A DNA stretch of 64,000 nucleotides from Candidatus Microgenomates bacterium (GTDB taxonomy: Bacteria > Patescibacteriota > Microgenomatia > UBA1406 > HO2-37-13b). The DNA lies in the NCBI GenBank assembly GCA_025449735.1, contig JANWIV010000001.1, positions 12,654 through 76,653 of the forward strand. Direction: 5' to 3'. The position numbers were made by a program, and so were the translations under genes. Below the pieces are notes generated by a model. It made no database searches. It was not told where the DNA came from and saw only the letters and a list, made by a program, of their open reading frames with translations. How positions within the stretch are numbered: position 1 is the stretch's first letter; every line of letters begins with the position of its first letter. Below are positions 1 through 10,214 of the stretch, piece by piece.

Positions 1-686
1 TCTCCATCAAAAGCGATTTTGCCACCTTTAAGATAAATTACTCGGTTGCAAAATTCCTTCACCTGCATCATACTGTGTGAAATATAAATTATGGTGATAT
101 TACGCTCTTTAAATTCATTCATTTTTTGAAAACACTTCTTTTGAAAAGCGCTATCACCAACAGCAAGAATTTCATCAACCAGCAAGATATCAGGATCAGT
201 AAATATCGCAATTGAAAAAGCTAACCTCATATACATTCCGGATGAATAATGCTTAACCGGCATTTGGATAAATTTCTCCTCAAGCTCTGAGAAACTACAA
301 ATATCCTTAAATTTTTTACTAATTTGCTCCTCAGTCATACCCAATATCACTCCATTTAAATAGATATTTTCACGCCCCGTAAGCTCAGGATGAAATCCAG
401 CACCAAGCTCGATTAAAGGCGCTACTTTACCGGTTATTTTTAAGGCTCCTGATGTCGCTTTCGTCACCCCTGCCATCAATTTAAGCATTGTTGACTTTCC
501 AGCGCCATTTCTGCCGATTATTCCGACGGTAGTCCCTTTTTCGACTTCAAAACTAACATCCTGAAGCGCATAGACCTTCTCTCTTGTCTTCTGACCTTTA
601 AATATCGCCTGAACGAGCTCTTTTATTGTCCTTTGATGATGCAGAAAATAAGATTTATTTACAGCATTAAAAATTATCGGTTTCAT
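1..686 (-). CDS. ABC transporter ATP-binding protein, polysaccharide/teichoic-acid export type (TagH/Wzt-like); C-terminus runs off the window
   Basis: Own reverse translation from ATG at 686-684: MKPIIFNAVNKSYFLHHQRTIKELVQAIFKGQKTREKVYALQDVSFEVEKGTTVGIIGRNGAGKSTML... It has Walker A GRNGAGKST, signature YSSGM and Walker B ILLVDE. It is absent from the ORF track because the window edge truncates it. Confidence 0.85.
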   Translation of the reverse strand, partial: MKPIIFNAVNKSYFLHHQRTIKELVQAIFKGQKTREKVYALQDVSFEVEKGTTVGIIGRNGAGKSTMLKLMAGVTKATSGALKITGKVAPLIELGAGFHPELTGRENIYLNGVILGMTEEQISKKFKDICSFSELEEKFIQMPVKHYSSGMYMRLAFSIAIFTDPDILLVDEILAVGDSAFQKKCFQKMNEFKERNITIIYISHSMMQVKEFCNRVIYLKGGKIAFDG

Positions 687-708
687 TAGTTTATTCTAGC
701 ACAGATAG

Positions 709-1524
709 CTAACTTAGGACAGATTTTATCAGTCCATTTAGATTCCTAAATCTCTCAAACAACAGTGATGGCGAATGAAGCGTTATAAACCGCCATGAAA
801 AGTTTTTTAAAACAATCCGAATCCAATTTTTGAAATCCTGTCTTTGTTTGTAACTACCCATGGTAATACTTGTCGCCATGTGATAATGAAGACAAGTCGC
901 ATTCACTGTCGGATAATATTTGTAGCCAGCGCTATTTAGTCTGATAAACAAGTCCACATCTTCGAGATAGGAATGAAAGGAATTGTCAAACATCCCAATT
1001 TTAGTGAAAATGTCCCGTTTTATCAAAAGGCAAGTCGCTGAAAGTCCGTAAATAAATCTTTTGTTGTTAACTTTTGGAATTTTTAATTCCGCTTTTACCA
1101 CTTCAGCTCGACCTATATATGTATCAACAACATAGCCAATATTCTCAACCACTTCCTCATTAACACCATTTTTTATACCATACACCATTGGCTGGGTAGC
1201 AACAAATTGAGGGTTATTAACTAAAAAATCAATCATCAATTTAGTTGAATTTTTCTCAAGCAGGCAATCATCATTTAATATAAGCAAATAATCTCCCTGT
1301 GCCAATCTCGCTCCCTTGTTAATTGCACCGGTAAAACCTAAATTGCCTTCAGATTGCAATAGCTTTATATGCCTTGAGTCTAATTTACCAAAATCAATCG
1401 GTCTCAAGCCATTATTCACTATAATTATTTCATAAGTAAATCCAGTTAGTGAGTTGTGTAAATGATCTAGGGTTTGAATCAAGTATTCTCCCTTAAGAGT
1501 CGGGATAATAACCGATAATTTCAT
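709..1524 (-). CDS. Glycosyltransferase family 2 (GT-A fold)
   Basis: 271 aa. N-terminal LSVIIPT beta-strand start and acidic LILNDDCLL motif, a typical GT2 layout. ATG start checked. Confidence 0.8.
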   Translation of the reverse strand: MKLSVIIPTLKGEYLIQTLDHLHNSLTGFTYEIIIVNNGLRPIDFGKLDSRHIKLLQSEGNLGFTGAINKGARLAQGDYLLILNDDCLLEKNSTKLMIDFLVNNPQFVATQPMVYGIKNGVNEEVVENIGYVVDTYIGRAEVVKAELKIPKVNNKRFIYGLSATCLLIKRDIFTKIGMFDNSFHSYLEDVDLFIRLNSAGYKYYPTVNATCLHYHMATSITMGSYKQRQDFKNWIRIVLKNFSWRFITLHSPSLLFERFRNLNGLIKSVLS

Positions 1525-1530
1525 ATCTCT

Positions 1531-1536
1531 ATTTTA
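1531..1536 (-). promoter_or_regulatory. -10 box TAAAAT, 6 nt upstream of the GT2 ATG (1524)
   Basis: Minus-strand reading ggTAAAATagagatATG. No Shine-Dalgarno sequence would fit in the gap. Confidence 0.4.
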
Positions 1537-1544
1537 CCGCGATC

Positions 1545-1553
1545 TGTTAAAAT
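1545..1553 (+). promoter_or_regulatory. Extended -10 TGtTAAAAT, 8 nt upstream of ATG 1562
   Basis: ctgttaaaataatgcgatATG. Confidence 0.4.
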
Positions 1554-1561
1554 AATGCGAT

Positions 1562-2902
1562 ATGAATGTCGCTTTTGAAATAAGCCCACTAATAACTGCT
1601 TCCGGTACATTTGGTGACAAGTCAGGAGTCTACAGATACATGATAGGACTACTTAAGGCCTATATTAAACATGTGCATAAAATGGACAAACGATCAAAGG
1701 TTATCCTTTTCTCATTCAATCGTGATTTTATGAGATATCCACTGAACCCTGAAATACTTATACTACTTCAAAATCCCCATGTAGTTATGTTAAATAAAAT
1801 TCCTAAGATCCATAAGAAATCGTACATCGAGACAATTCGCGATACGATAGTTATGGATATACCTCTTCTGACAACGATTCTTCGAGCTACAAATAAAATT
1901 TTATCAATAACTAAAATTGATAAAGAACTTGAAAATCGTGCCAATTTTAAAAGATATCGAAAATTTCTAAACCGAGAATTTGAAAAAAATAACGTTAAGG
2001 TCGTTTGCCACTCAGATACTGGTTTTTATCAAATGCCTGGGTTTCTAAACATTACTGTTATCTATGATTTAACTGCCGTCACTATGACCCATATGCATCG
2101 AGAAGATACCAACGATCTTCAAAAACGCAAGCTCCGTTTTGCTCGTTTGTGGTGCAACGGAATTGTATGTATTAGTTCAAAAACCAAAAAGGACCTCATT
2201 CGTTTTTCACCTGATTTTTTACAAAAGAAAATAGTAATCTGTTATCCAGGCATAGATGATAGTTTTAAAAAAAGGATCAATAATTCCGTAGGCTCAATTA
2301 CAAGAGTCAATAAAATTGTCGCTAAGAAAAAGATTCGACTTAAGTCTAAAAAATACTTACTCTACTATGGTACTTTTGAACCTAGAAAAAATCTTTTATA
2401 TTTGGTGAGAGCATTTTGTGACTTAGTTGAAGAGGGTAGTGTGCCGAAAGATTTTAGATTAGTAATGACTGGTGGTGAGGGTTGGGGAGGTGTAAAAAAG
2501 TTAATTAAGAATTATATTACTGAAAATTATCAAATTTCAGATGAAAATAAGGTTGTCTTATTAGGTTTTATGAAAGATGATAATTTAATCGATTTTATTC
2601 AAAATGCACAAGGAATTGTATATCCCAGCTTATATGAGGGTTTTGGATTACCAGTGCTGGAATCAATGGCACTCTCAACTCCAGTGATATGTTCGAAAAC
2701 CTCATCTTTACCAGAAGTAGGTGGACAATCAGTGTTATATATCGATCCTCATGATTACTATGATTTGAAAGATAAGATGAAATTACTTATAAAGGATAAT
2801 AAGCTAGCCCAGGATCTAGGTAAAAGAGGTCATGAGCAAAGTAAAAAATTTACTTGGGAAAACTCAGCTAAAAATTTATATGACTTTGTAAAAGCCTTAT
2901 GA
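1562..2902 (+). CDS. Glycosyltransferase family 4 (GT-B fold)
   Basis: 446 aa. C-terminal YEGFGLPVLESMALSTPVICSKTSSLPEV block is typical of GT4 retaining transferases. Confidence 0.8.
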   Translation: MNVAFEISPLITASGTFGDKSGVYRYMIGLLKAYIKHVHKMDKRSKVILFSFNRDFMRYPLNPEILILLQNPHVVMLNKIPKIHKKSYIETIRDTIVMDIPLLTTILRATNKILSITKIDKELENRANFKRYRKFLNREFEKNNVKVVCHSDTGFYQMPGFLNITVIYDLTAVTMTHMHREDTNDLQKRKLRFARLWCNGIVCISSKTKKDLIRFSPDFLQKKIVICYPGIDDSFKKRINNSVGSITRVNKIVAKKKIRLKSKKYLLYYGTFEPRKNLLYLVRAFCDLVEEGSVPKDFRLVMTGGEGWGGVKKLIKNYITENYQISDENKVVLLGFMKDDNLIDFIQNAQGIVYPSLYEGFGLPVLESMALSTPVICSKTSSLPEVGGQSVLYIDPHDYYDLKDKMKLLIKDNKLAQDLGKRGHEQSKKFTWENSAKNLYDFVKAL

Positions 2903-4026
2903 AAATAGGAGTTGATTTATCAATGCTGGTATATGCGGGCAGTGGTGTTGCCACCTACACCCTTAACTTTGCTCAAGAGTTATTGAAGCGTCAGTCAAGC
3001 AATAATTATGTATTTTTTTATTCTTCTCTAAGAAAACCTAAAAACTTCACTTATTTGAATGTCTTAAGAGATTTCGGAGCGAATATTAAAGAGTTACCGC
3101 TACCAACGAGTGCCATCAGGTTCCTCTGGAATAAGCATTCGCTTCTGCCTGTTGAAGCTTTAATTGGCAAAGTCGATTTTTATCATTCCTCTGACTATTT
3201 GAGGCCACCACTATTGCCAGGGACTAAAGGAATAACTACAATTCATGACCTAACTTGGAAGCTTTTTCCACAGTATCATACCGAGGACGTTATTCGCCAT
3301 CATGAACGCAAGCTAGAAAGAACTATCAAGTATCAGGATATAATAATTGTTGATTCTCAAAATACCGAGCACGACCTGCTTAAACTTTATCCAATGATTG
3401 ATGAAAAAAAAGTTCATATCATATATCTTGGCATAGATGATCGCTTTCAGAAAGTTAGTGATACAAAAAAAATTGCCTCAGTACTTTCCAAATACTCAAT
3501 ACCAAATACTAAATACTTGCTCTACGTTGGCGCTATTGAGCCAAGGAAAAATCTACCAGTCGCCATTAATGTGTACAATGAATTATTGAAAGATAAAAAA
3601 TATTCCGACTATCATTTTGTCATTGCTGGTCGAGCCGGTTGGAAAAATGAATCAGTATATCAATTAGTCAAAGAATTGAACCTTGAAGATAGAATCCATT
3701 TTATCGGTTTTGTCGAAGATATTGACCTACCTACTTTATACTCTGGCGCCAGTGTCTTTATTTATTTGAGTTTATATGAGGGATTTGGTCTTCCACCACT
3801 GGAGGCGGCCGCTTGTGGCACACCTAGTCTAATATATAGAAACTCTTCCCTCGCTGAATCTTTTCCAAATGAATACCCTTTTGCTGAGAAAGGAAATGAA
3901 TTGAAGACTCTAATAAATTTAATTGAAAATCCAGAAAGAATCAAACTTTCTTTTGTCACAAAATATTCCTGGAAGAATTACGTAAATAATTTCCTTGCGG
4001 TTCTTAGTCAATTCCAATCTCTTTAA
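2899..4026 (+). CDS. Glycosyltransferase family 4 (GT-B fold)
   Basis: 375 aa. YEGFGLPPLEAAACGTPSLIYRNSSLAE block. ATGA overlap with the upstream GT4. Confidence 0.8.
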   Translation: MKIGVDLSMLVYAGSGVATYTLNFAQELLKRQSSNNYVFFYSSLRKPKNFTYLNVLRDFGANIKELPLPTSAIRFLWNKHSLLPVEALIGKVDFYHSSDYLRPPLLPGTKGITTIHDLTWKLFPQYHTEDVIRHHERKLERTIKYQDIIIVDSQNTEHDLLKLYPMIDEKKVHIIYLGIDDRFQKVSDTKKIASVLSKYSIPNTKYLLYVGAIEPRKNLPVAINVYNELLKDKKYSDYHFVIAGRAGWKNESVYQLVKELNLEDRIHFIGFVEDIDLPTLYSGASVFIYLSLYEGFGLPPLEAAACGTPSLIYRNSSLAESFPNEYPFAEKGNELKTLINLIENPERIKLSFVTKYSWKNYVNNFLAVLSQFQSL

Positions 4027-6217
4027 AGGCGGCACTCAATTTCCTATTGTCTAGTGAAAGACCTATTTCTACTGGGGAATATTGATTCTCAAACTCGAAT
4101 CGTAAATGATGGATAGTTTTTTTATTATATGAAGGTTGGATCTTGTGGCGATAAGTTAAAAACTCCTCCTCCAAATCATCTTCTCCTATTAAAATTTCAT
4201 CCATGTATATTTTGACGTGCTGAGGTTTTTCTAATGTCCGCGCCGTATAAGTAAGCGTAGTAGGTGACGATTTAGAAATAAGCCTAATGGTTGTCACTTT
4301 TGCATTTGCCCAACGACCCTCTGGTTCCGATACATCCCAACCCTCTAAGAGCAACATATCCTCGCAACAATTTGAATTAAAATTAATCCTAGAATAATCT
4401 GTGTTACTAGTTGTAAGGCAATTGTCGCTAATACAAACATTCCCTAAACGGTAAAAGCTGTTTTCCCAAACAATATTTTCTAAATGAATCCTAGCAGGAC
4501 TTGTTAGCATATCTTTGGATTGTAAAATCAAGCTAGTTTCTGTTGGTACATTAAAAAATATTTGATTCGAAGTATAAACTGTACGTAGCTTTGGATATAA
4601 AAAGTATTCCAACCAGATATCGCGCCAATAATTAATTTTGCCACTATAAAAACCATCTAGAAAAATTGGGCCGGATATATTTGTATTTTTGCTTAATTCT
4701 GAAATTGATATTAAATCACGACCAACGATTTTAGATTCCCTAATAAATCGTTTGTTCATTAATACACCGTTATAAATCACAAGTAATAACAGAGAAGTCA
4801 ACAGCAAGAACTTAAATTTTTTTAATTTGTTGAGTATTGAAACAAGGCCAATCGATAAAAAAATTATTAAAATTGGTAGTGAAAAAGTGATTGTCCGGTT
4901 ATAAACAAAGAAGTTTGGAGCAAATATTGTGCTCCAAAAAATAAAAATACCATAAATAATAACAATACCAAAAGTCATTACTTTCATTTTTGAGTTTTTA
5001 ATACCAAAACAAAAAATTATTAAGGTTAAAATGCTCAAAATAATTGATAAAAATAATGATAATGGGGGGTAGTTATGCATGCTATGAAACCCGAAAAATT
5101 CGAATGGGTAAGCAAAAGGAGTTTGTTCACGAAACAAAGCCCATCCAATTGGTTTACCAATATTACTCGCCTGCGCTATATCTAATTTAATCGCATGAAA
5201 AATAGCTGGAACGGAAATAATAAAAGCGGTTGATAATATTTTTAACAAGGATTCAATAAATCTAAAGTAACGTTGGTGCAAAATAAAAGTTACACAAATA
5301 TAAAAAACTAATGGAAAAATTATAAAAATACCACCTTCATGATATGATAAAAATACAGAAGCAATTATTATTCCTATTAATATTTCATTGACACTTTTAT
5401 AAGTTTTATCTGTTGATAATAATTTAAAATGAGCAATTACAAATACGTACAAATAGCTCTGCAGCAGCCAAAAAAAAACTTGACCTGTGAAATTATGGTA
5501 AAGCATATATAACAGATCAGCATTAAACGCTGTCATGAAAGCGATAATCAAAGCACCATAATGACTAGGCCGGTAGAATAAACTAAATAGGATGTACCCT
5601 AGCGGGATAGTCAGAGCAAAAATAATCACTGGGAAAATATAAGCAATTTGATAACCCTGAAGTGAGAGTAGTGATTCAAAAAAAGCAATGACAGCAGGAC
5701 TTCCCCAACGAAATCCGGAAACAATCATATTCATTATTCCAGTCGGATCATCGTTTACTTTTTCTGGTTTAATTAATAAATTATCAGCAATCGACCTCCC
5801 AACTAGATAATCTGGTACAGAAGCATATACCAAGGCATCAGTATTGCCAAGTGATACTGAAGTCAAAAAACGCGCATGTCTAAGCGGGGCAAGATTAATA
5901 AAAATACTAGTCAGAATAACAATAAACAGAAGACCATCGATTAAATAATTGATCTTCAATCTATTATTTTTGAAAAGATAGCTATAAATTGTTGTCAATG
6001 TGAGCAATACAAAAATCACTGGCGTCACATATTTTAAAGGAATACCAACCAGGCTAAGAATTGTTAAGAAAACACTTAAAAAAACAACAAGGGTCGCTGG
6101 CGAGAGCCAAAGGGAAAATTTGCTTAAATTTTTAGGTAAAATTAATGTTGTAATCCCGAATCCAAGGAAAAAAAGACTGAAGTAAAGGGCCCCAGTATAA
6201 AATATAAGTTCAACCAT
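4004..6217 (-). CDS. Polytopic membrane protein, paralog family A, with C-terminal GW..E..RW/DNR.L module (putative GT-C-like glycosyltransferase)
   Basis: 737 aa, mostly hydrophobic helices. Motifs LGNTDALVYASVPDYL and FRWGS are shared with 6220-8019 and 15184-17388. C-terminal soluble tail EGWDVSEPEGRW...DNRKLSAAF. Confidence 0.6.
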   Translation of the reverse strand: MVELIFYTGALYFSLFFLGFGITTLILPKNLSKFSLWLSPATLVVFLSVFLTILSLVGIPLKYVTPVIFVLLTLTTIYSYLFKNNRLKINYLIDGLLFIVILTSIFINLAPLRHARFLTSVSLGNTDALVYASVPDYLVGRSIADNLLIKPEKVNDDPTGIMNMIVSGFRWGSPAVIAFFESLLSLQGYQIAYIFPVIIFALTIPLGYILFSLFYRPSHYGALIIAFMTAFNADLLYMLYHNFTGQVFFWLLQSYLYVFVIAHFKLLSTDKTYKSVNEILIGIIIASVFLSYHEGGIFIIFPLVFYICVTFILHQRYFRFIESLLKILSTAFIISVPAIFHAIKLDIAQASNIGKPIGWALFREQTPFAYPFEFFGFHSMHNYPPLSLFLSIILSILTLIIFCFGIKNSKMKVMTFGIVIIYGIFIFWSTIFAPNFFVYNRTITFSLPILIIFLSIGLVSILNKLKKFKFLLLTSLLLLVIYNGVLMNKRFIRESKIVGRDLISISELSKNTNISGPIFLDGFYSGKINYWRDIWLEYFLYPKLRTVYTSNQIFFNVPTETSLILQSKDMLTSPARIHLENIVWENSFYRLGNVCISDNCLTTSNTDYSRINFNSNCCEDMLLLEGWDVSEPEGRWANAKVTTIRLISKSSPTTLTYTARTLEKPQHVKIYMDEILIGEDDLEEEFLTYRHKIQPSYNKKTIHHLRFEFENQYSPVEIGLSLDNRKLSAAFKEIGID

Positions 6218-6219
6218 TG

Positions 6220-8019
6220 TTACAATTCTGAACTTACTGGAATAGGTTCAATACGACCCAACTGATAAAATTCGTTTTCCCATATGATTTTTTTGTAGTT
6301 AATGACCTTATCGTCGTTTGAAGTCTTATTTTTGGCAGTGAGTACTGGTAATTTAACATTGTATTCTGAAATTAAAGTTACATAATTCGCCTTAGTTATA
6401 ATTTTTTTATGATTCAGAAAATAGTAAGTCCAGACTCGATTCCACAGATCATATTCAGTAAAATAAACGTCTGAGGTGACGAATGGTTTTTTAATTTTGG
6501 TATTTTTATCTAATTGTATAAGGGAAATAAGCGGCCGATCTACGGAGCGATGGTGACTGGCAAATTGAAACATTGTGCGATTAGCCGATCGCAGCGATAA
6601 AAAAATCATTATTCCAAAGACAAAAATTATAATCAATCTGTAATTGAATCTATCAAATAGGCGAGTCATGCCAATTGAGAAAACTGCAGAAAAAAGGAAA
6701 ACTGAATAAGTGATGGTCCGATGGTAAACGAAAAAATTTGGTTTAATAAATTTAAACAAAAATAAAAATCCGATGAAAAAAATCGCATAGCTTAGAATTA
6801 GCAATTTATTTTTTATCCTTAAAAATCCAAGGAAAGCGATGCCTAGGATTACAACGGTAAGTATGACATCAAATAAAATCGGAAGATCGCGATAATAATT
6901 CAGATTGTAAAATCCTAGTGCCTCGGCAGGAAAAGCATGGCGAATCGCTTCCCAACCAATATGCTCCTCAATTGTAGTAACTTTGACCATCCGAATAAAC
7001 CATCTTGCCATTGTGCCAAAAGTAAATGGATTGAAAATAATAGAAAGAATTATAATTTTTACAATTTTGAATAAATTTTCGACATTTTTAGTAATTAATT
7101 GAGTAGCGCCATAAATAAGCATCGGAAAGACTGCCAAAAAATACCCCTCGGGATAAATTGTTGTAATCGAGGATAAAATTAGGCCTAGTGTCAAATCATA
7201 ATGGTTTAAATTATGGGTTTTTAATTTGTCAGATAAATATTGACACAGCAGAACCAAAGTAAGCGCTATTAAACCTCCAAAAATTATCTGCCCAAAAAAA
7301 GCATTGTATAGAATGTAAAGCAGAGTTGAATTAATCCCATATGTCAGAAAGGTAAGAACGGCAATCTTCAGTTTATCCTTTTTATAAATTAGTACCGCCA
7401 ATACATATACCAATGGATAGGTAAGGGCAAAAAAAATACTTATCAATGTCGTAAATATTTCATATGACCTGGTGTTCAGCAGGACCGCAAAATAGCTAAA
7501 GATAATTCCACTACCCCATCGGAAGCTGTAGGTGATCAAATCACTGGCGCTAGCCACGCTAGGAACAAATGGGTCTTGAAAATCACCCCCAAAAACTGAA
7601 TTTTTAATTAAATAGTCCCCAGTCGTCGCATAAGCAACTGGATCAAGATTGCCAAGCGACATTACCGTCGGATAACCAACCCTAAAAATCATTGGCCATA
7701 TATTATAGAGCAGAATAAACGAAGTCATAATTAATACAGACAGTGACACTTTTGAAAATTTCAGCTGTGCTTTATCTCTTAATAAGCAATGTAGGAAAAG
7801 TAGGCTAGAAATTAGAAATATCGGTCTACTAGCCTGTTCCATCGTAAACCCCGCCATGCTCATATAGACGCTGGCCACAACAATTCCTATGGTTCCTAAC
7901 CACGGAGAAATGAAGAAGGTATAAGATTTGAGAGATTTGGGTAATATAATTGAAGATAGACCTAGACCAGATATATAAAGCAATAGGACAAGTTTAATTG
8001 TTAAAATAAGTGTTTCCAT
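6220..8019 (-). CDS. Polytopic membrane protein, paralog family A, tail-less member
   Basis: 599 aa. LGNLDPVAYATTGDYL and FRWGS motifs. It ends right after WENEFYQLG, where its paralogs continue into the C-terminal module. Confidence 0.6.
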   Translation of the reverse strand: METLILTIKLVLLLYISGLGLSSIILPKSLKSYTFFISPWLGTIGIVVASVYMSMAGFTMEQASRPIFLISSLLFLHCLLRDKAQLKFSKVSLSVLIMTSFILLYNIWPMIFRVGYPTVMSLGNLDPVAYATTGDYLIKNSVFGGDFQDPFVPSVASASDLITYSFRWGSGIIFSYFAVLLNTRSYEIFTTLISIFFALTYPLVYVLAVLIYKKDKLKIAVLTFLTYGINSTLLYILYNAFFGQIIFGGLIALTLVLLCQYLSDKLKTHNLNHYDLTLGLILSSITTIYPEGYFLAVFPMLIYGATQLITKNVENLFKIVKIIILSIIFNPFTFGTMARWFIRMVKVTTIEEHIGWEAIRHAFPAEALGFYNLNYYRDLPILFDVILTVVILGIAFLGFLRIKNKLLILSYAIFFIGFLFLFKFIKPNFFVYHRTITYSVFLFSAVFSIGMTRLFDRFNYRLIIIFVFGIMIFLSLRSANRTMFQFASHHRSVDRPLISLIQLDKNTKIKKPFVTSDVYFTEYDLWNRVWTYYFLNHKKIITKANYVTLISEYNVKLPVLTAKNKTSNDDKVINYKKIIWENEFYQLGRIEPIPVSSEL

Positions 8020-8024
8020 TTTTT

Positions 8025-10211
8025 TTACTTTTTAATACTCAGCTTTGAAAAAAATACGGCTAGATTTCGATTATCTTGATTATCTTTATATATGTTCGAC
8101 GGCCTAACATTTTTTTCAAAAATAAATGTAATTCTATTTACGCCTACTTTTAAATTTTGCTGTAAGCTAAAATGATATTTCTTTCTCTCTTTATCAAAAT
8201 TTAAATTATATGTGGGGAGACCATTGATATTGATCGTGGCTTGTTGATTATCAACGATGGTATTGGCTTCAAAATCGAGATTAATTCCAGCCTTGCGATT
8301 GGTCTTAAAAAAAATCGTCGCTACCTTATCAAGAGTCCATCGACCTTCGGGTTCGTAGGGTGCCCATCCGTAACCAAAATAAAACTGTCGCTGACTGCTC
8401 GATAATTCATCTAGGTAAAATTCCTGTCGTTTTATCATCCTATTGTACAGACTATAACCGTTATCATTTATTGACAACTCATATCCAAGCGAAATCAGTA
8501 TGTCGTTTATAGCTTCCGAATATGGCTCTTTTTGCTTTAGCACGATATTTTCCAATCCAAAAAATTCGATTGAATCAAGCATCTTATCTCTATCTAAAGT
8601 CAGATTCGATTGACTACTAGGATCAATCAGCTGAGCTAGATAACCAATAAAAGCGTCATTGCGATAATAGTCAAATACGGCTGGGTTCAATCTACCCGCA
8701 TAGACACTAAACTTTGGTTTTTTGTATATTAATTGTGTTCGTAGTGATGAAACAGCATTAAAATCACCAATGTATTGCAACCCGTCTCTTATGACAAAAG
8801 GGATCTCCATAACTGGTCCCGTCGGAGAACTTTCTAAACGATCGTATATTTTTTGTGGAATTGGTTGGAGCACTTGTCCAAAAGATGCCGTATAAGATTG
8901 GTCGATTAAAAAAATGAAAATTGCCAGAATACAAAGAGTGAAATATGTTAGTCTATCCTTAACTTTCTTATCTGCGAAGTCCTGGGCTAATAAGGCAGTC
9001 ACTATCGTCATAAGAAAGATCGCAGGGACAATAAACCGGGCCGGACTCCTTGCTAGCTGAACGTATGGAATACTATTTAGAATCTTAAAGGGCAATACTA
9101 TAAAAGTTTCATGACCGAAAATATGTAACTTTGGTCCCAGTGTCAGAATCCAAAAGCAGAGGATGACAAATAACATTGGATTGATTTTTCTTTTTATTTT
9201 AAGACTGATCTTTTTATTGAAGAAAATAACGTATAGTACCCCTAACAAGATTATTATTCCAGGATAAACTAAATTTTCAAAAGCCGGTCTTAAAGCCAAA
9301 ATTGATGACATATACTCAAGAAATTTGCCAAATACTAATCCCGTAGTTGCTGGAGTGAAAATTCCAATTAAGTCTGATGAAAATTGAATACTGTCTTTGG
9401 AAAAATGAAAGTCGATACCCTGACTTAACAAGAGGCTTCGGTAAACCTTAATAATCCATGGGTAAAGCAATATTAAGCCAAGAAATAGAATAATGAGTAA
9501 GTATTGGTATCGGCTCTTGATGAAACTTGTCAATACATTTTTGTTTGAGATTAAATAATAGCTTAGAAAAAAAGACACCATCAGTGCGAGCATCACTGTG
9601 AAATACAGATTCGTAAGAACTAATACTGCCACACTAATCGTTAGTCCAAAACTATTGATTACAATGAACTTTTTAGTTTTACTCCTGAGAACACTAATAA
9701 AAAAGAATGCTATCGCTGGAAATAAATACAAAGCTGTGTAGGTAGGATGTCCTAACCTGGCGACAACGAAAGGAGAGTAGCCATATACCAAACTCAAGAC
9801 ATAAGAGATGCCGCGCCTTATCTCAAATTGTCTCAACAATAGATACATAAAGGCACAACTGGCTACGATACCAAACATTACTATTATAGTAAAGGCATCA
9901 TGGACTGAAAAGAAAGGGCGCAGAAAAAGGAAATAAACTCCATTAATGGGTGCCACATCCTCAAGGGCAAAATTCCAACCAAATGGAAAAAGCAAGGGAG
10001 CTTCGTTAAACGGGTTACGAAGTGAAAGAATATTAAGTCTTACCGTTTCGGCCACATACTCGTACACTGGCCACTCTCCAAAAACCACTAATGTATTTGG
10101 TACTTTGAAAATTGAATAGTGCCAAATATTGAAATTAAAAATGTAGTTTAATAGTGTGTAACTGAGAAGTATTAAGAAAGGGATAGAAACTTTTTTTTTC
10201 AAAAAATTCAT
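8025..10211 (-). CDS. Polytopic membrane protein, paralog family B, with C-terminal GW..E..RW/DNR.L module (putative GT-C-like glycosyltransferase)
   Basis: 728 aa. NPFNEAPLLFPFGWNFALEDVAPINGVYFLFLRPF near the N-terminus, MEIPFVIRDGLQYIGD late in the protein, and tail GYGWAPYEPEGRW...DNRNLAVFF. Confidence 0.6.
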   Translation of the reverse strand: MNFLKKKVSIPFLILLSYTLLNYIFNFNIWHYSIFKVPNTLVVFGEWPVYEYVAETVRLNILSLRNPFNEAPLLFPFGWNFALEDVAPINGVYFLFLRPFFSVHDAFTIIVMFGIVASCAFMYLLLRQFEIRRGISYVLSLVYGYSPFVVARLGHPTYTALYLFPAIAFFFISVLRSKTKKFIVINSFGLTISVAVLVLTNLYFTVMLALMVSFFLSYYLISNKNVLTSFIKSRYQYLLIILFLGLILLYPWIIKVYRSLLLSQGIDFHFSKDSIQFSSDLIGIFTPATTGLVFGKFLEYMSSILALRPAFENLVYPGIIILLGVLYVIFFNKKISLKIKRKINPMLFVILCFWILTLGPKLHIFGHETFIVLPFKILNSIPYVQLARSPARFIVPAIFLMTIVTALLAQDFADKKVKDRLTYFTLCILAIFIFLIDQSYTASFGQVLQPIPQKIYDRLESSPTGPVMEIPFVIRDGLQYIGDFNAVSSLRTQLIYKKPKFSVYAGRLNPAVFDYYRNDAFIGYLAQLIDPSSQSNLTLDRDKMLDSIEFFGLENIVLKQKEPYSEAINDILISLGYELSINDNGYSLYNRMIKRQEFYLDELSSSQRQFYFGYGWAPYEPEGRWTLDKVATIFFKTNRKAGINLDFEANTIVDNQQATININGLPTYNLNFDKERKKYHFSLQQNLKVGVNRITFIFEKNVRPSNIYKDNQDNRNLAVFFSKLSIKK

Positions 10212-10214
10212 ATG

